A stretch of 64,000 nucleotides of DNA, from assembly GCA_951406725.2 (NCBI GenBank), contig OX597826.1, positions 22,196,001 to 22,260,000 on the forward strand, given 5' to 3'. Each line of letters starts with the position of its first letter. Position 1 is the stretch's first letter. Below the pieces are notes generated by a model. The model worked only from the letters and a program-made list of their open reading frames with translations. It made no database searches and had not been told where the DNA came from. Below are positions 13,230 to 26,689 of this stretch, in pieces. The translations under genes and the position numbers were made by a program. Source of the DNA: Octopus vulgaris. Taxonomy: Eukaryota.

Positions 13230-14095
13230 CCAGGGAGTCCACAGTCAGTGACTCTTTTGCACAAACTGCCAGTTTGTTCACCTGAGATCCTGCCAAAACT
13301 GCAGGAGTTTTAAGGAGAAACACTTCCCTGAGGAAAGGTACCAATCATTTCCAAAGACAAAGTGTACAAATGCAGTGTGCTCTTCAGATGTTATGTGCAA
13401 GGCAGCAGCTGAGCAAGTGTGTTTTTTGTGCATGGTGCAAAAGATAGTGCAGCAGCTGACCTGGCTACATCAAGTGCAAACAAGGAACTTTGCTCAACAC
13501 TGCACATGACCACTACAATCAACAGACACGGGATGGCCTCCCCTAATGCCTGCACAGTTGTCATGCTAATATTTTTTACTAAATATTGGAGGCATGTTGC
13601 ATCACAACAATAAAAGCAAAATTTTTTTCCTGAGAGACCTTGCTGCATGCAATCAAGCCCAATGCATAGCACTCATGGAAACTCATCTGAGCTCTGATAT
13701 AGAAGATGCAGATGTACACGTACCAAAATATACCACACTGCAAACAGACAGAAGGGAAAAGAGCCATAGTGGAGTTGCTGTATACATCCATGAGGACCTT
13801 ACACTCCAGGTCCTACTGTCATACTCAAATTCAATATGTGACACTCTAATACATAAGACAACACAATATAGTAAAGCTGTCTATGTATGGACCAGAAGTA
13901 ACTAGAGACATATAACCTAAAAGAAGCACCCAAAATCTCTCCAATCTGAACTTGCACAAAGCAGACTGGAAATTGATCCAAAAAGAGATCCTCAGGCAGG
14001 ACTGGCCGAAATGTCTCTCCACACAAGACATTGGCATGAAACTAGAATATTTTATGTTTGTTATGCAAACCATATGCCAGAAAAATGTCGACAAC
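13230..14095 (+). mobile_element. CR1/L2-type LINE fragment (APE endonuclease N-terminus)
   Basis: IALMETHLSSDIEDADVHVPKYTTLQTDRREKSHSGVAVYI; NLHKADWKLI; same family as 40000-41470. Confidence 0.75.
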
Positions 14096-14179
14096 ACACC
14101 CCATCACTTTCTCTCTCTCTCTCTCTCTTTGTCACTCACACACACTTCATATACACGTTCATCAGACATCTTTCACTTT

Positions 14180-15020
14180 AAAACAAAAGTAAAATTAACT
14201 TTTTGACAGAAATTAACAAACAAAAACCAGCTGGTTCAAATGTCAGTTCTGCAAGTCAAAACGAAGGATGACATGAACATTTATGTTTGTTTAAGAGTTA
14301 ACAGTATTTTCTTCCTTTTTGTCAAAAATAGTTTTAAAATTGAGATTCTTATTTTCAAAAACTGTTCGAAGACCTTTCCAAAATTACTGGAAGTCATATT
14401 GTTATGCACAGAAATATTTACCAAATAAATATACAAAAATGTTCAGCTACAAACCTTATATTTTTCCATGTCGAGGTTAGAATAATTGTTCAATGCTTTT
14501 AATCTTTGGCCGCTTTTTTAAACGAAATCATTTCAGGGAAAATGTCCATCAAGTTGCCGATAAATTGGAGAAAACAAACTTTACTGCAGTAAACCGTTTT
14601 CTTAAGATTTCGTAAAAATGAAACTGAATAAATCACAAAATTTTCAACAATTAACCCCACATTTTTAGAGAGTAAAAAGTTTTAATAATCAAATAAAAAT
14701 AATCCGAAAATCAGGAAATAAAAATACACGAGAGATTTAATTGCAACCGAGTTCGAATCGCACCATGGCATTTTACCATTTCTTGCTTGTCTGGGATCGA
14801 TATAATTGATTTGTGGTTGTTGTGCCTGCTGAAAACGGTTCGACAGGATTCAGGGACAAAATACTTTGTGGCATTAATAATATCGTGGTGTTCGAATCTC
14901 CGGTTTTGCAGAGTCGATAAATACCTGCCAAATCCTAAATTCGATTTCACCTCCTTCTCTTGTCCTTCCATTCATACCCTCGTTGCCAAACAGGAATTAT
15001 TAAAACGATACCTGACCGTC
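14180..15020 (-). mobile_element. Highly decayed hAT transposase C-terminal remnant
   Basis: Frameshifted IFLCIT..ERSS..NINVHVILR resembles the hAT dimerisation domain; upstream YLSTLQNRRFE..I...YFVP. Confidence 0.35.
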
Positions 15021-15451
15021 GTCTCCTTTCCCGACTGAGACCTGTGTCTCTTATTTTCCACAAGTCAATAGTTTCCCCAGACACTGGAGCATTTTAAAAT
15101 ATTTACATAAATGAATTATTTTTATATATAAACATTGGAAATTGTTAACAAGTCAAACATTTAAAAGTTTAATCAACAAAGTAGTCTCAAATCTATTTAA
15201 TGTGTCTATGTTTACCTGATTTAAAATTAATAACAAAAAATTATTGCCATCACTGACCTGCATATATCGTCGCACACACAGACACTTGTTGTTAGCGACC
15301 AGCTGTTAGCAACAACTAAAAAAGAGAAAGCTTTCTTGCGCTGTTTCACCACCTTTTCAACCCTCATCACAAACACATTCACACACACACAAGGGTGAAG
15401 ATGTTGACTCTGCTGAATTGCTGGGGAACCTTCTTCTGTGTGTGGTTTGGT

Positions 15452-16666
15452 GAAATTTTGGGGCTAATGCAGTTTCGCACCTCTCCTTGAAAAATGCATT
15501 TCTTTTGAAAACGAGCGGAAGGCTTTCCTTGAAAAGTCTTCTTTTTTTTTTTTTTTCAAATCCCGGTACTACGACACATTCTACCAGTATACGAAGTTTC
15601 AAATTTTTTAGTTAACTAGAAAATTCCGTCCATCAAAAAGAAAAGATCCGTGGTCCTGGTGCGCGCACTCGTTGGTCGTAAGTAATCGATCCTACAACGA
15701 CTTTTTAACCCAAATCCTAACCACTGTTCGCTAGTAGTAGCGAAAATTAAATAATATTTTTCGAACAAAGTAAATAAAATCCAAAGTAAATGATTTTTTA
15801 AACTAACTAAATAAATTATTTTTATAAACAAACTAAGGTTAGGGTTAGGGTTAGGGTTAAAAAGTCGTTGTAGGATCGACTACTTACAACTAGCTAGCGC
15901 AGATGCACGAGTGCGCGCACCGGCACCACTGTTTCACTAGTGGTACACAAATCCTTACGTTTCGGATGTCGGAGATTACGAAAATACATTTAAAAAACTT
16001 TTACCACACCCCCTCCCCCCATTAAAAATTTAAAACTTTTTTCGAAATTTTTCCCTCCTTATGTTTTAGATGACGGAAATTCTGGATAAGCAAGAAACCA
16101 CGTTTTAAAACTTTTAAATTCAATAAGCATACAGATAGATGTATAAAGAGATAGATATGAATGTCTTCTTGGGGCTAAAAATAACAGTAACACCATCTTC
16201 TACAAAGCCACCACATTTTGTAGACAAATATATTTTAGGAACAAACGGAAATGGATAAATAGATAGACAGATGAATAAATAAATGGATGAAAAAGTTCAA
16301 AATTTAAAATTGGGGAGGGGTGAGATTTGAGCCCCTTCATAAACTTTATGACATTAATTAAATATTGTTTGTTTCTCATAAAATGGTGTGTTTACATAAA
16401 ATTATTATTTACGATTATTTAAGGCAAACAAAAATAAAACGCAAATTCGTTTCACTTTAATGTTTTTGTCTGTATTTAATTTCGATCTCTTTAAAGTAAA
16501 CAAAATTAAAAATCTGAAGGTGGGGGGTGAAATTGAAAAAAAATTATTTTTTTTGCATATTCATAATCTCCGACATCTAAAACGTAGGAATTCGAAAAAA
16601 GTTCTTAAAAAATAAAAAATGCATTTTTCAAGGAGAGGTGCGAAACTGCATTAGCCCCGAAATTTT
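15452..16666. mobile_element. Nested fold-back / MITE complex
   Basis: ~50-bp TIRs aaattttggggctaatgcagtttcgcacctctccttgaaaaatgcattt and its reverse complement; inner MITE ~15648-15931 with (TTAGGG)n. Confidence 0.75.
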
Positions 16667-16886
16667 GACCTTTAACTGTTGTGTGGCTAGATGCCTCTTA
16701 GAGACAAACTCAAATTTACCTAGGGATATCGTGGCTGTTTCATTACCAGAAACCTTTCAGACAAGCAAAGCCTACAGCGATGCAATCTGCTCGGGTATGG
16801 AGTAGCTTTGTTCATAATATGCAAAGTTATTGCTTTGTGTAGTTGTAGATTTGTATGTATACAAGTGTGTGTGTGGCTGTCTAACA

Positions 16887-17850
16887 CAGGGATTGGAAAC
16901 TTTTTGGCGCATGAAGGCCATTCTACAATTCATCATCCCTCATAGAGGCCACATTGAACAAATTATTTTTCTTTTTTTTAGTTATTTCATCCCTGAAGTA
17001 ATTTATTAGTAATTTAATAAAAGACTGGTGTGTAGAAATCGAAAGCATGACTTTTCAAATATTTTATTTAAGTACTTTTATACAAATAATAAGTAAATGA
17101 CTAATATGAAGTATATTGAAGAAAAGCAGGAAATTAGTTGGCGTGCATGTTCATGAAAACGAGGATATTTCACTGCATTTTTCCAAATTTTGATGTGATT
17201 TCCCCTCTTGTCAAACAGAGATTTCAGGATATTATCTTCAGACGTTTCAATAAACTCCATGTGTAACTCTTTGGGAGCCTCTGAGACATTAAGTGAGGCT
17301 GAAAAGCAAGTTTCAGTGTTATGTTTTTCAAAATCATGGAATCTTTTATTATGTTCTTCTATTAATGAGTCTAAACTAATTTGTATTCTTCAAAAAATTC
17401 ATAGATATCTTCTTCATTTTCACTTCGTAAGCTGAGGAAAGTGTTCTGAAAGTTTTGATTGAGCCAAAAGGAAGTTGAAAAAATGACAATGTTTTCTAAA
17501 TGCCCAAATTTTTTGCCACATATCATAAATACATTTATTTTTGCCTTGCAACAAAATGTTTAACTCATTTTGTTTTGACATTGCATCACATAAAAATGCA
17601 ATATCTCTGTTACAATTTGTATCTGATAAATCACAATGTTATTTTCTTTGAATAAGTCAATTATTTGCCTTCGTAAAGACAAAATTTTGATCACTACTTT
17701 TTCTTGCGACAACCAGTGCATCTCCATCTGTAAAAATGACTTATTGATGAGCACTGTTGTTTATATCCTCCCTGATGAGAGTGATGTATTTTTCCACATT
17801 ATTCTTCTTCTTGCATTTATATTAATGCATATATTGAAACATATGTCGGT
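16887..17850 (-). mobile_element. hAT (Charlie/Buster-like) transposase remnant
   Basis: EMHWLSQEKV (cf. EVRWLSRGKV); MEFIE...KYPRFHEHARQLISCFSSIY; TIR-like cagggattggaaactttttgg..ggcca at 16887. Confidence 0.7.
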
Positions 17851-18045
17851 GATATGGTGATATAAATGATTTAAATAACATCTTGAGCGTTTGTCTCCAT
17901 TTTCCTTTATTCTTATGTTCTCTAAAACACGTCTCACTTCTCAGAATTAACTCTCATGCAAGTGTCATTACTAATTCCTTAGGCGCTTATGTGACATTTG
18001 GCTACTTTGTAACTGTTCCTCTGGGTATTTCCTTGTATATTGAAC

Positions 18046-18093
<48 letters not shown>

Positions 18094-18096
18094 TCC

Positions 18097-21000
18097 TCAT
18101 CATCATCATCGTTTAGCATCCGCTTTCCATGCTAACATGGGTTGGACGGTTCAACTGGGGTCTGGGAAGCCAGAAGGCTGCACCAGACCCAGTCTGATCT
18201 GGCAATGTTTCTACGGCTGGATGCCCTTCCTAACGCCAACCACTCCGTGAGTGTAGTGGGTGCTTTTTATGTGCCAGACGAGGCTGGCAAACGGCCACGA
18301 TTGGATGGTGCTTTTTACGTGCCACAGGCACGGAGGCCAGTCAGGGCGGCGCTGGCAACGGCCATGTTCGGATGGTCCTCTTACGTGCCACCGGCACTGG
18401 TATCACAGCTACAATTTCCATTGATGTTGATCGATTTCGATTTTGATTTTCACTTGCCTCAACAGGTCTTCGCAAGTAGAGTTTTGTGTCCCAAGAAGCA
18501 AAGGTATGCATAAGTGGACTGGCTACATCCCAGGTAGAGGCCACGGGTTATGGTCTCACTTGTTCTGCCAGGTCTTCTCATGCACAGCGTACTTCCAAGG
18601 ATCTCGGTCTCTAGTCATTTCCTCGGTGAGACCTAAAGTCCGAAGGTCGTGCTTCACCACCTCGTCCCAGGTTTTCCTGGGTCTACCTCTTCCACAGGTT
18701 CCCTCAGTCGCTAGGGTGTGGCACTTTTTCACACAACTATCTTCATCCATTCTTGCCACATGACCATACCAGCGCAAACGTCTCTCTTGCACACCACAAC
18801 TAATGCTTCTTAGGTCCAACTTTTCTCTTAATGTATTTACATTCTGTCGAGTATGAACACTGACAATACACATCCATCAGAGCATACTGGCTTCATTTCT
18901 TGCGAGCTTACACATATCCTCAGCAGTCACAGCCCATGTTTCACTGCCATGTAGCATGGCTGTTCGTACACATGCATCATACAGTCTGCCTTTTACTCTG
19001 AGCGAGAGGCCTTTTGTCACCAGCAGAGGTAAGAGCTCCCTGAACTTTGCCCAAGCTATTCTTACTCTAGCAGTTACACTTTCAGCACACCCACCCCTGC
19101 TACTGACTTGGTCACCTAGGTAATGGAAGCTATCAACTATTTCTAGTTTTTCTCTCTAGAATGTGGCGGAAGTTGGTCTCTGCGCATTTTCAGTGTTTAT
19201 TGCTCCTGAGCATCTGCCACATACAAAAACTATCTTCCTAGTTAGCCTTCCTTTGACATTGCTGCACCTCTTATGTGTCCATAGCTTACACTTGGTGCAT
19301 CTTATAGAGTTTCTACAGCCTTTTCTACAGATCGAGCAGGGCCATCTACCTGAAGGCGTTTGTGATTTGTCTACTTTCCTACTTATTAGGGCTTTGGTTT
19401 TAGCTAGGTTGACTCTAAGGCCCTTCAATTCTAATCCTTGCTTCCACACCTGAAACTTCTCCTCCAGTTCTGATAGAGACTCAGCAATTAGAGCAAGGTC
19501 ATCAGCATAGAGGAGCTCCCAGGGGCATCCTGTTTTGAATTCCTCCGTTATTGCCTGGAGGACTATGATAAGTAGGAGGGGGCTGAGGACTGAACCTTGG
19601 TGGACCCCTACCTCTTCCCGGAATTCTTCACTGTACTCATTGCCAACCCTCACCTTACTAGCAGCGTCCCTGTACATGGCTCGCACAGCTCTTCAATCCC
19701 TAGTTTCCTCATTGACCACCAGATAAGGGATCGGGGGACCCTGTCGAAGGCTTTCTCCATGTCAATGAAAGCCAGGTACAGGGGCTTATCTTTGGCTAGG
19801 TATTTCTCCTGCAGCTGTCTTACCAGGAATATAGCATCAGTGGTACTTTTCCCTGGCATGGCACGACCCCAAACTGCATCTCATCTAAACTAACTCTCTC
19901 TCTAATTAGTTGGGCTATGACCCTCTCCGTGACTTTCATTACCTGATCCAACAGCTTGATACCTCTGTAATTATTTGTATCTAGGGCGTCACCTTTACCT
20001 TTGTAGCAGTTGACTATTACGCTGCTACACCAGTCATTGGGTATGACTCCTTTGTGTATCACCCGGTTAACTATACAGGTGACTAGGCTATAGCCGACAC
20101 TACCAGATATCTTGAGCATCTCTGCTGTAATTCCTGATGGGCCTGGGGCTTTCCCTGTCTTCATGCTTCTAATTGCCTTAACTACCAAGCAACTGTCAAC
20201 TTGGATAGCTGGTCCCTCTGTTGGGTCAACTTTCGGCAGACTCTCTTTATCCCATTCATTTTCTTTATTCAGCAACCTTTCATAGTGGCGTCTCCAAACC
20301 TCTCTCTTTGCATCCTCATTTAGCACAAGTGTACCATCATCCATGCAAACACATTTCTTTCCTACTACATCACGATTCTCTCTCACACACTGTCTTGCAA
20401 AACGAAATACCTCAAGTCTTTGGTCCTCACGGTGCAGAAGATTGGCAAATTTTTTCTTATCTGCTTCCCCTCTGGCTAAATAAACCTGTCTCCTAGCTTC
20501 TCTTTTCACAGTCTGATACAATTCCCTACTACCACCATTCTTCCAGTCCTTCCAAACCTGTCTCTAATAGCCCTGTCTACAACATTGTTCCACCACCACA
20601 TTACCCTGGGATGAGATGGGACTTTGCTCCATCCACAGATCTGGTCAGTGGCTCTCAGCAGGTTGTCCTGTAGAAACCTCCAGTTGTCTTCTACACTATG
20701 TGAATCTATATCCTCATCTATTTCGTCAAAGGCTTCGAGTAATATGTCTCTAAATCTCTGTCCATTCGCAAGATCTTTAAGCTTCCAGACCCTTCTTTTC
20801 CATGTTGGTCGTCCACTTAGTCCTGATCCTAAAGTCACTAACTACCAGTCTATGTTGTGGGGTACATTCTTCACCTGGGAAGGTTTTGGCATTTATAAGC
20901 AGCCATCTTTCCCTTTTTCTGGCAAGGGTGTAGTCAATTTGGCTAGTATGTCGGCCAGATCGGTAGGTGACTAGGTGACTGGTAGGTTTCCTGAAGTTAT

Positions 21001-21590
21001 TATTGCAAACCATAAGATCATTTGCATTGCAGAACTCCAGCAGCCTGGTTCCCCCCTCGTAGCGGGAACCATAGCCGTAGCCTCCATGTACGCCATGGAA
21101 GCCCCCAGCATGTTGTCCAACATGCCCATTGAAGTCACCAGCCACAAAGAGAAGGTCCCTGTCATTCTTCAACGAGGTAGTCTGCAGAAGGGTGTCATAG
21201 AATCGGTCTTTCTGTCCATCAGGTAGCCCCGGTTGAGGGGCATAGGCTGATATAATGGTTACTAACCCATGGTGAAGCATTAATCTAATCTTAAGTATTC
21301 TGTCGCATACTCTGACTACCTCAATTACCTTATCTACCCATTTTTCAGCAAGAAGTATACCAATGCCTCCGACCCCGTCAGTGTTCTCTGCCCAGAAAAT
21401 CTTGTACCTGTGTTCTTTGCCTGTGAGGAACCTTGCAGAACCTCCTCTCCACCTTACTTCTTGGATGCAGCATATATCAACACATCTCCGTTCAAGCATC
21501 TCAACAATCTCACTAGACCTACCTTTCAGTGTGCTAACCCTGAGTGTGTGGGAGGTATGGGCCCATGAGACCCTGGGATGGTGGGACAGT
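18097..21590 (-). mobile_element. Near full-length degenerate RTE-clade LINE (APE + RT + PHD-like insert + 3' UTR)
   Basis: DICCIQEVRW, SAYAPQ, GDFNGHVG, QIDY, GKAPGPSGIT, NYRGIKLL, GVHQGSVLSPLL, LLYADD, GRGRPRKTW; several frameshifts; (gat)n tail. Confidence 0.95.
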
Positions 21591-21612
21591 GGCTTCATGT
21601 ACATGAAAAGAA

Positions 21613-21649
<37 letters not shown>

Positions 21650-21715
21650 AAATAAAATAAGATCACAAGGCCAAGGCAATGTGATTTTTCTAGGACATTT
21701 ATAAAGAGAAAAGTG

Positions 21716-21763
21716 GTCTTACAGTTGTTTCTGGGAAATAAATGTTATCCCATCATCAGAGAA
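21716..21763 (-). ncRNA. Minimal type-I hammerhead ribozyme motif (intact core)
   Basis: ttct CUGAUGA UGGGA-taacatttatt-UCCCA GAAA C-aact-GUA|agac. Confidence 0.75.
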
Positions 21764-21924
21764 GAGTTAAGAGAGTTTCAATAGCAGGGATTAATAGAGT
21801 TCATGATATAAAAAGTTATTTTGGAAAGGGAGCGATACAGAAAGTATAAAGAGAAGTATGAAAATAAAATAACTTTTTATATAATGAACTCTACTAATCC
21901 CTTCTATCGAAACTCTCTTAACTC

Positions 21925-21972
21925 GTCTCTGATTATGGATTATCATTTATTTCCCTGAAACAGCTGTAAGAC
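21925..21972 (+). ncRNA. Hammerhead copy in the opposite arm, core mutated (CUGAUUA)
   Basis: gtct CTGATTA tggat...ttccct GAAA C-AGCT-GTA|agac; palindromic stem III loop. Confidence 0.55.
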
Positions 21973-22256
21973 CACCTTTCTCTTTATAAATATCATATTG
22001 CATTGGCCTTGTTATTTTATTTAACATATACACGCTCACACATGAGCCACCCTAGACTCCTCAGTCATACTATTATTAAACCGGGAGTTTAACAGTGGTC
22101 CTTCCATAGCATTACCTGCCTTTTGGTCTTCTCGATACCAAAACCTCTCAATATATATATATATAATATAATTCGAGACAAAACCACTATTTTGCAAAAC
22201 AAACAAGGAAAGACTTAATCAATACATAAAAATTTTTAATATAAACAAATAAACCG

Positions 22257-22299
22257 CCACTACAATCGTTTCATGTCTTCAATGACATTCGTCAGGTGG
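22257..22299 (-). ncRNA. Minimal type-I hammerhead ribozyme motif (perfect core and stems I/II)
   Basis: CCAC CUGACGA AUGUC-attgaa-GACAU GAAA C-gatt-GUA|GUGG. Confidence 0.82.
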
Positions 22300-22510
22300 A
22301 TTTTCGATCTCTTAATCTGTTTTAATTCATTGTAGTGGTGGTTTATTTCTTTATATTAAAAATTTTTATGTATTGATTAAGTCTTTCCTTGTTTGTTTTG
22401 CAAAATAGTGGTTTTGTCTCGAATTATATTATATAATATTTTACTATAAAATTGGATTTAATCCTAAATCTGATTTTTCCCTGTAAATTTGGATTTATTC
22501 CCTAATATAT

Positions 22511-23572
<1,062 letters not shown>

Positions 23573-23574
23573 AG

Positions 23575-23852
23575 AGGCGCAATGGCCCAGTGGTTAGGGC
23601 AGAGGACTCGCGGTTTCGATTCCCAGCCCGGGTATTGAGTGTTTATTGAGCAAAAACACCTAAAGCTCCACAAGGCTCCAGCAGGGGATGGTGGCGATCC
23701 CTGCTGCACACTTTCACCACAACTTTCTTCTGTTGGCTTGCTTGCTTAGCCAGTGGGGTGGCGTCATTTGAAGGCCAAAACAATGCGAAGTGCATTGTGA
23801 CCAGCGATGTATAGCAACATCTGATAGCCTGGTCGGTCACGTGATCACATGA
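23575..23852 (+). mobile_element. tRNA-derived SINE
   Basis: A box tggcccagtggttag, B box ggtttcgattcc; head related to 60467-60765. Confidence 0.75.
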
Positions 23853-23897
23853 TATATATATATATATGAAGTAAAAGTAGTACTAGTATAACAAATA

Positions 23898-24552
23898 TTG
23901 TTAAATACATATACTAATGTATATGCTTTGTGTATTTTCCAGTCGCTACAACACTGTAGCAGAGTATAAAACTCATGTTTCTGGTCTTAAAAACACCTTG
24001 GAGCCATAGACAAGCCAGATAACTCACTCTCAATCCCATTTGAGAATTATGGACATTGATGTTTCACCATTTTTGTGGCTTATCAACACCACTTACCTGA
24101 CTGTGTTCAAGGTGAGTCAGCTAGCCAGTCCAACGGCTTATATGGTCATGGTCTGTAAAATCATGAGCTGGTATGCCCAGAAATTGCATACCTAAGAGAA
24201 AATTTACATATGAAATAAAAGCAGTTCTGGGTTGAAGGTGAGTCAACCAGCCAGTTCAATGGCTTTCTGGGCAGACCACCAGCTCATGATTTTACAAGTC
24301 ATGAGCGTATAAGTCATTGAACTGGCTGGCTGACTTGCCTTCAACCCAGGAGGGGAGGTGGTGTTGATAAACCACAAAAATAGTGAAACAGCAATGTCCA
24401 TCACTCTCAAATAGGATTGAGGGTGAGTTATCAGGACTGTCCATGGCTCTCAGGTGTTTTTAACATTGGCAACATGAGAGTTATATACTCCGCTATGCCA
24501 TTGCAGCCACCAGAAAATACACAAAGCATATTCATTAGTATATGTATTTAAC

Positions 24553-24553
<1 letters not shown>
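23898..24553. repeat. Fold-back inverted repeat (arms ~23900-24183 / 24265-24552) between (TA)n tracts
   Basis: e.g. tatgctttgtgtattttc vs gaaaatacacaaagcata; aaaatcatgagctgg vs ccagctcatgatttt. Confidence 0.8.
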
Positions 24554-24585
<32 letters not shown>

Positions 24586-25054
24586 CTAGTTATTGAAATG
24601 TGAGCATGAGTGTACAACACTGCACAGCTGGATAAATATTTATTTGTGGGTTAACAAGGCTACCAATGGTTTTATGTAGAGAGAAATCTCTTAGCAATTA
24701 CAAAACCTGCCACATGGGAATGTTGGTATTCATATATATATAAAAGAACTTTTTTTATTCTCTCTCTGTTTATTTTCTTGTGTTCCTTTCTGTTGAAGAG
24801 CATAGGGTCAAAATGTAAAAGACTTTTTTACCTTCTCGAACATTAAACTAATACACCTGTTTGTTGTTTATACACCTGTCTTTGTCTTTCGTTTTTCTGT
24901 AAGTTTCAGATATGTATATATATATATATATCGTTTTCTTAGAAAAACATAATCCTGGAGAAGCACACTCTAAGAAGTTGAGCAGTCTATATTTATTACT
25001 AGTGAAGGCTGGTTTATAATGTTACCTTGAGTTTCTTGCCATAAAGGGTGCCTT

Positions 25055-26300
25055 TATAGTGTATCTTCACACCCTAAGACCTGTTGACTTATAGCCTCTA
25101 TAGAGGGGGAAACAGTACAGATACAAATAATGGGGATTATCTTCGTTTGCTGCTGGTCATTGGCTTCCAGCTGTGTCATCCTCCTTCAGCTACGCCACCT
25201 GTTGGCTATGAGGGTAAAAGATAGCGAGTAATCTCCCACTCTCATCATCAATCAATTTCCAGCTGAGGTGTAATTATTGCTAAGACTGCTATTCTCACTA
25301 TTGTACAGTTCCCAAAATGCTAACAGGAATCTTCTGAAATACAAGCATGGCCTGAAAATCTCTGTTCTGGAATTCAGTATGGTTCCTGGTATATGTGAGT
25401 TTTTTTAGGATTTCCATGTTTGGCTACACACAGCTTGCAGCATTTCATTCCATTGATGTACAGACTCAGATGGTGAAGGATTTTCCATGATATCGAGTAT
25501 GGAATTCCATCTTCCTTCAGTTGCCAGATATGGCTGGCCAGCGATGTTACATATCTCCTTTCTGGGACCCTGAAGGAGGATCTATGGTTTAAGAAAGACG
25601 TTTCTTAAAGGAAGTTCCCGTGCATCCAATGTATTTCTTTGGATGTGTGGAGTTTGGTGTCATGTAGTTATCAATGTTGTTGCTTCTGTTGTTGTTGCAA
25701 CAGCAGCAGTGGTAGCAGCAACAACAGCAATAGTGGGACTGACACCAACTCCACGCATCCAAAGAAATACATTGGATGCACAGGAATTTCCTTTAAGAAA
25801 CGTCTCCTTATGGCTCCCAGAAGGGAGATATGTAACATCGCTGGCCAGCCATATTTGGCAACTGAAGGAAGATGGAATTCCATACTTGATAACATTGAAA
25901 ATCCTCCACCATCCAGGTTCGTACATCAATGGAACAAAATGCATAGCTGAACACATGGAAATCCTGAAAAACTCATACTGAACTCCAGAACAGAAATTTT
26001 CAGGCTGTGCTTACATTTTAGGAGATTCCTGTAAGTGTTTTGGGAACCACATAATAGTGAGAATAGTGATAATAGCGGTATTAGCAATAATTACTCCACA
26101 GCTGGAAATTGGTTGAGAGATAAACCCCAACCTTTTACCCACATAGCCGACAGGTGGTGTAGCTGAAGGAAGATGACTCAGTTGGAAGCCAACAACCAGC
26201 TGCAAAGGGAGATAATCCCAATTGTTTGTATCTGTATCGTGTCCCCTTCCACATTTTAAAGAGGCCATAGGCCAACAGGTCTTAGGGTCTTAAGATACAC
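25055..26300. mobile_element. Palindromic duplication of a Penelope GIY-YIG fragment
   Basis: KKYIGCTGISFKKR and TSLASHIWQLKEDGIPY..KILHHPGSYINGTKC on + arm; reverse-complement arm 25055-25660; centre ~25697. Confidence 0.8.
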
Positions 26301-26329
26301 CACCACAGTTGGCTAGTTTGCAAAATGCA

Positions 26330-26560
26330 GATGGAACATTTAAAAGCTTGCTATGCTAAAAGTTTTGTGTTAAACTGGGAAAAAGTGCAGTAGTAGCTTA
26401 TAAAATACTCCAGACTGCTTCTGGATTCAATTTTTCACAGGCACAAAAAGTTCAAGAATGGTAAAGAGGAGGCGAGAAGACGATGAAAGATGTGGAAGGG
26501 AGAGGGATGTCAAAACATCAGAAGTGTTTGAGAAAATTTGCAATTTTCTGGATAAAGAAC
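26330..26560 (+). mobile_element. mariner transposase N-terminal fragment
   Basis: FCVKLGKSA..AYKILQTA and ED.ERCGR motifs. Confidence 0.5.
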
Positions 26561-26689
26561 ATATGTCTAATCCACACTAGCCTGAAAAAATGGCCATAAA
26601 ATCAATTGTAATTGGAAGATGCAGAGGATCCATAAAAACTAGACACACTTAGGAAATTCTCTCAAATGCCCTGGTGGCTCATTAGAGGT

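Noticed and set aside
15837-15858. Telomere or interstitial telomeric fusion site
   Set aside because: Only 3-4 TTAGGG units, located inside a MITE arm
24785-24825. Additional hammerhead (ttgaagagcatagggtcaaaatgtaaaag)
   Set aside because: Both core blocks are degenerate; cannot be supported from this copy
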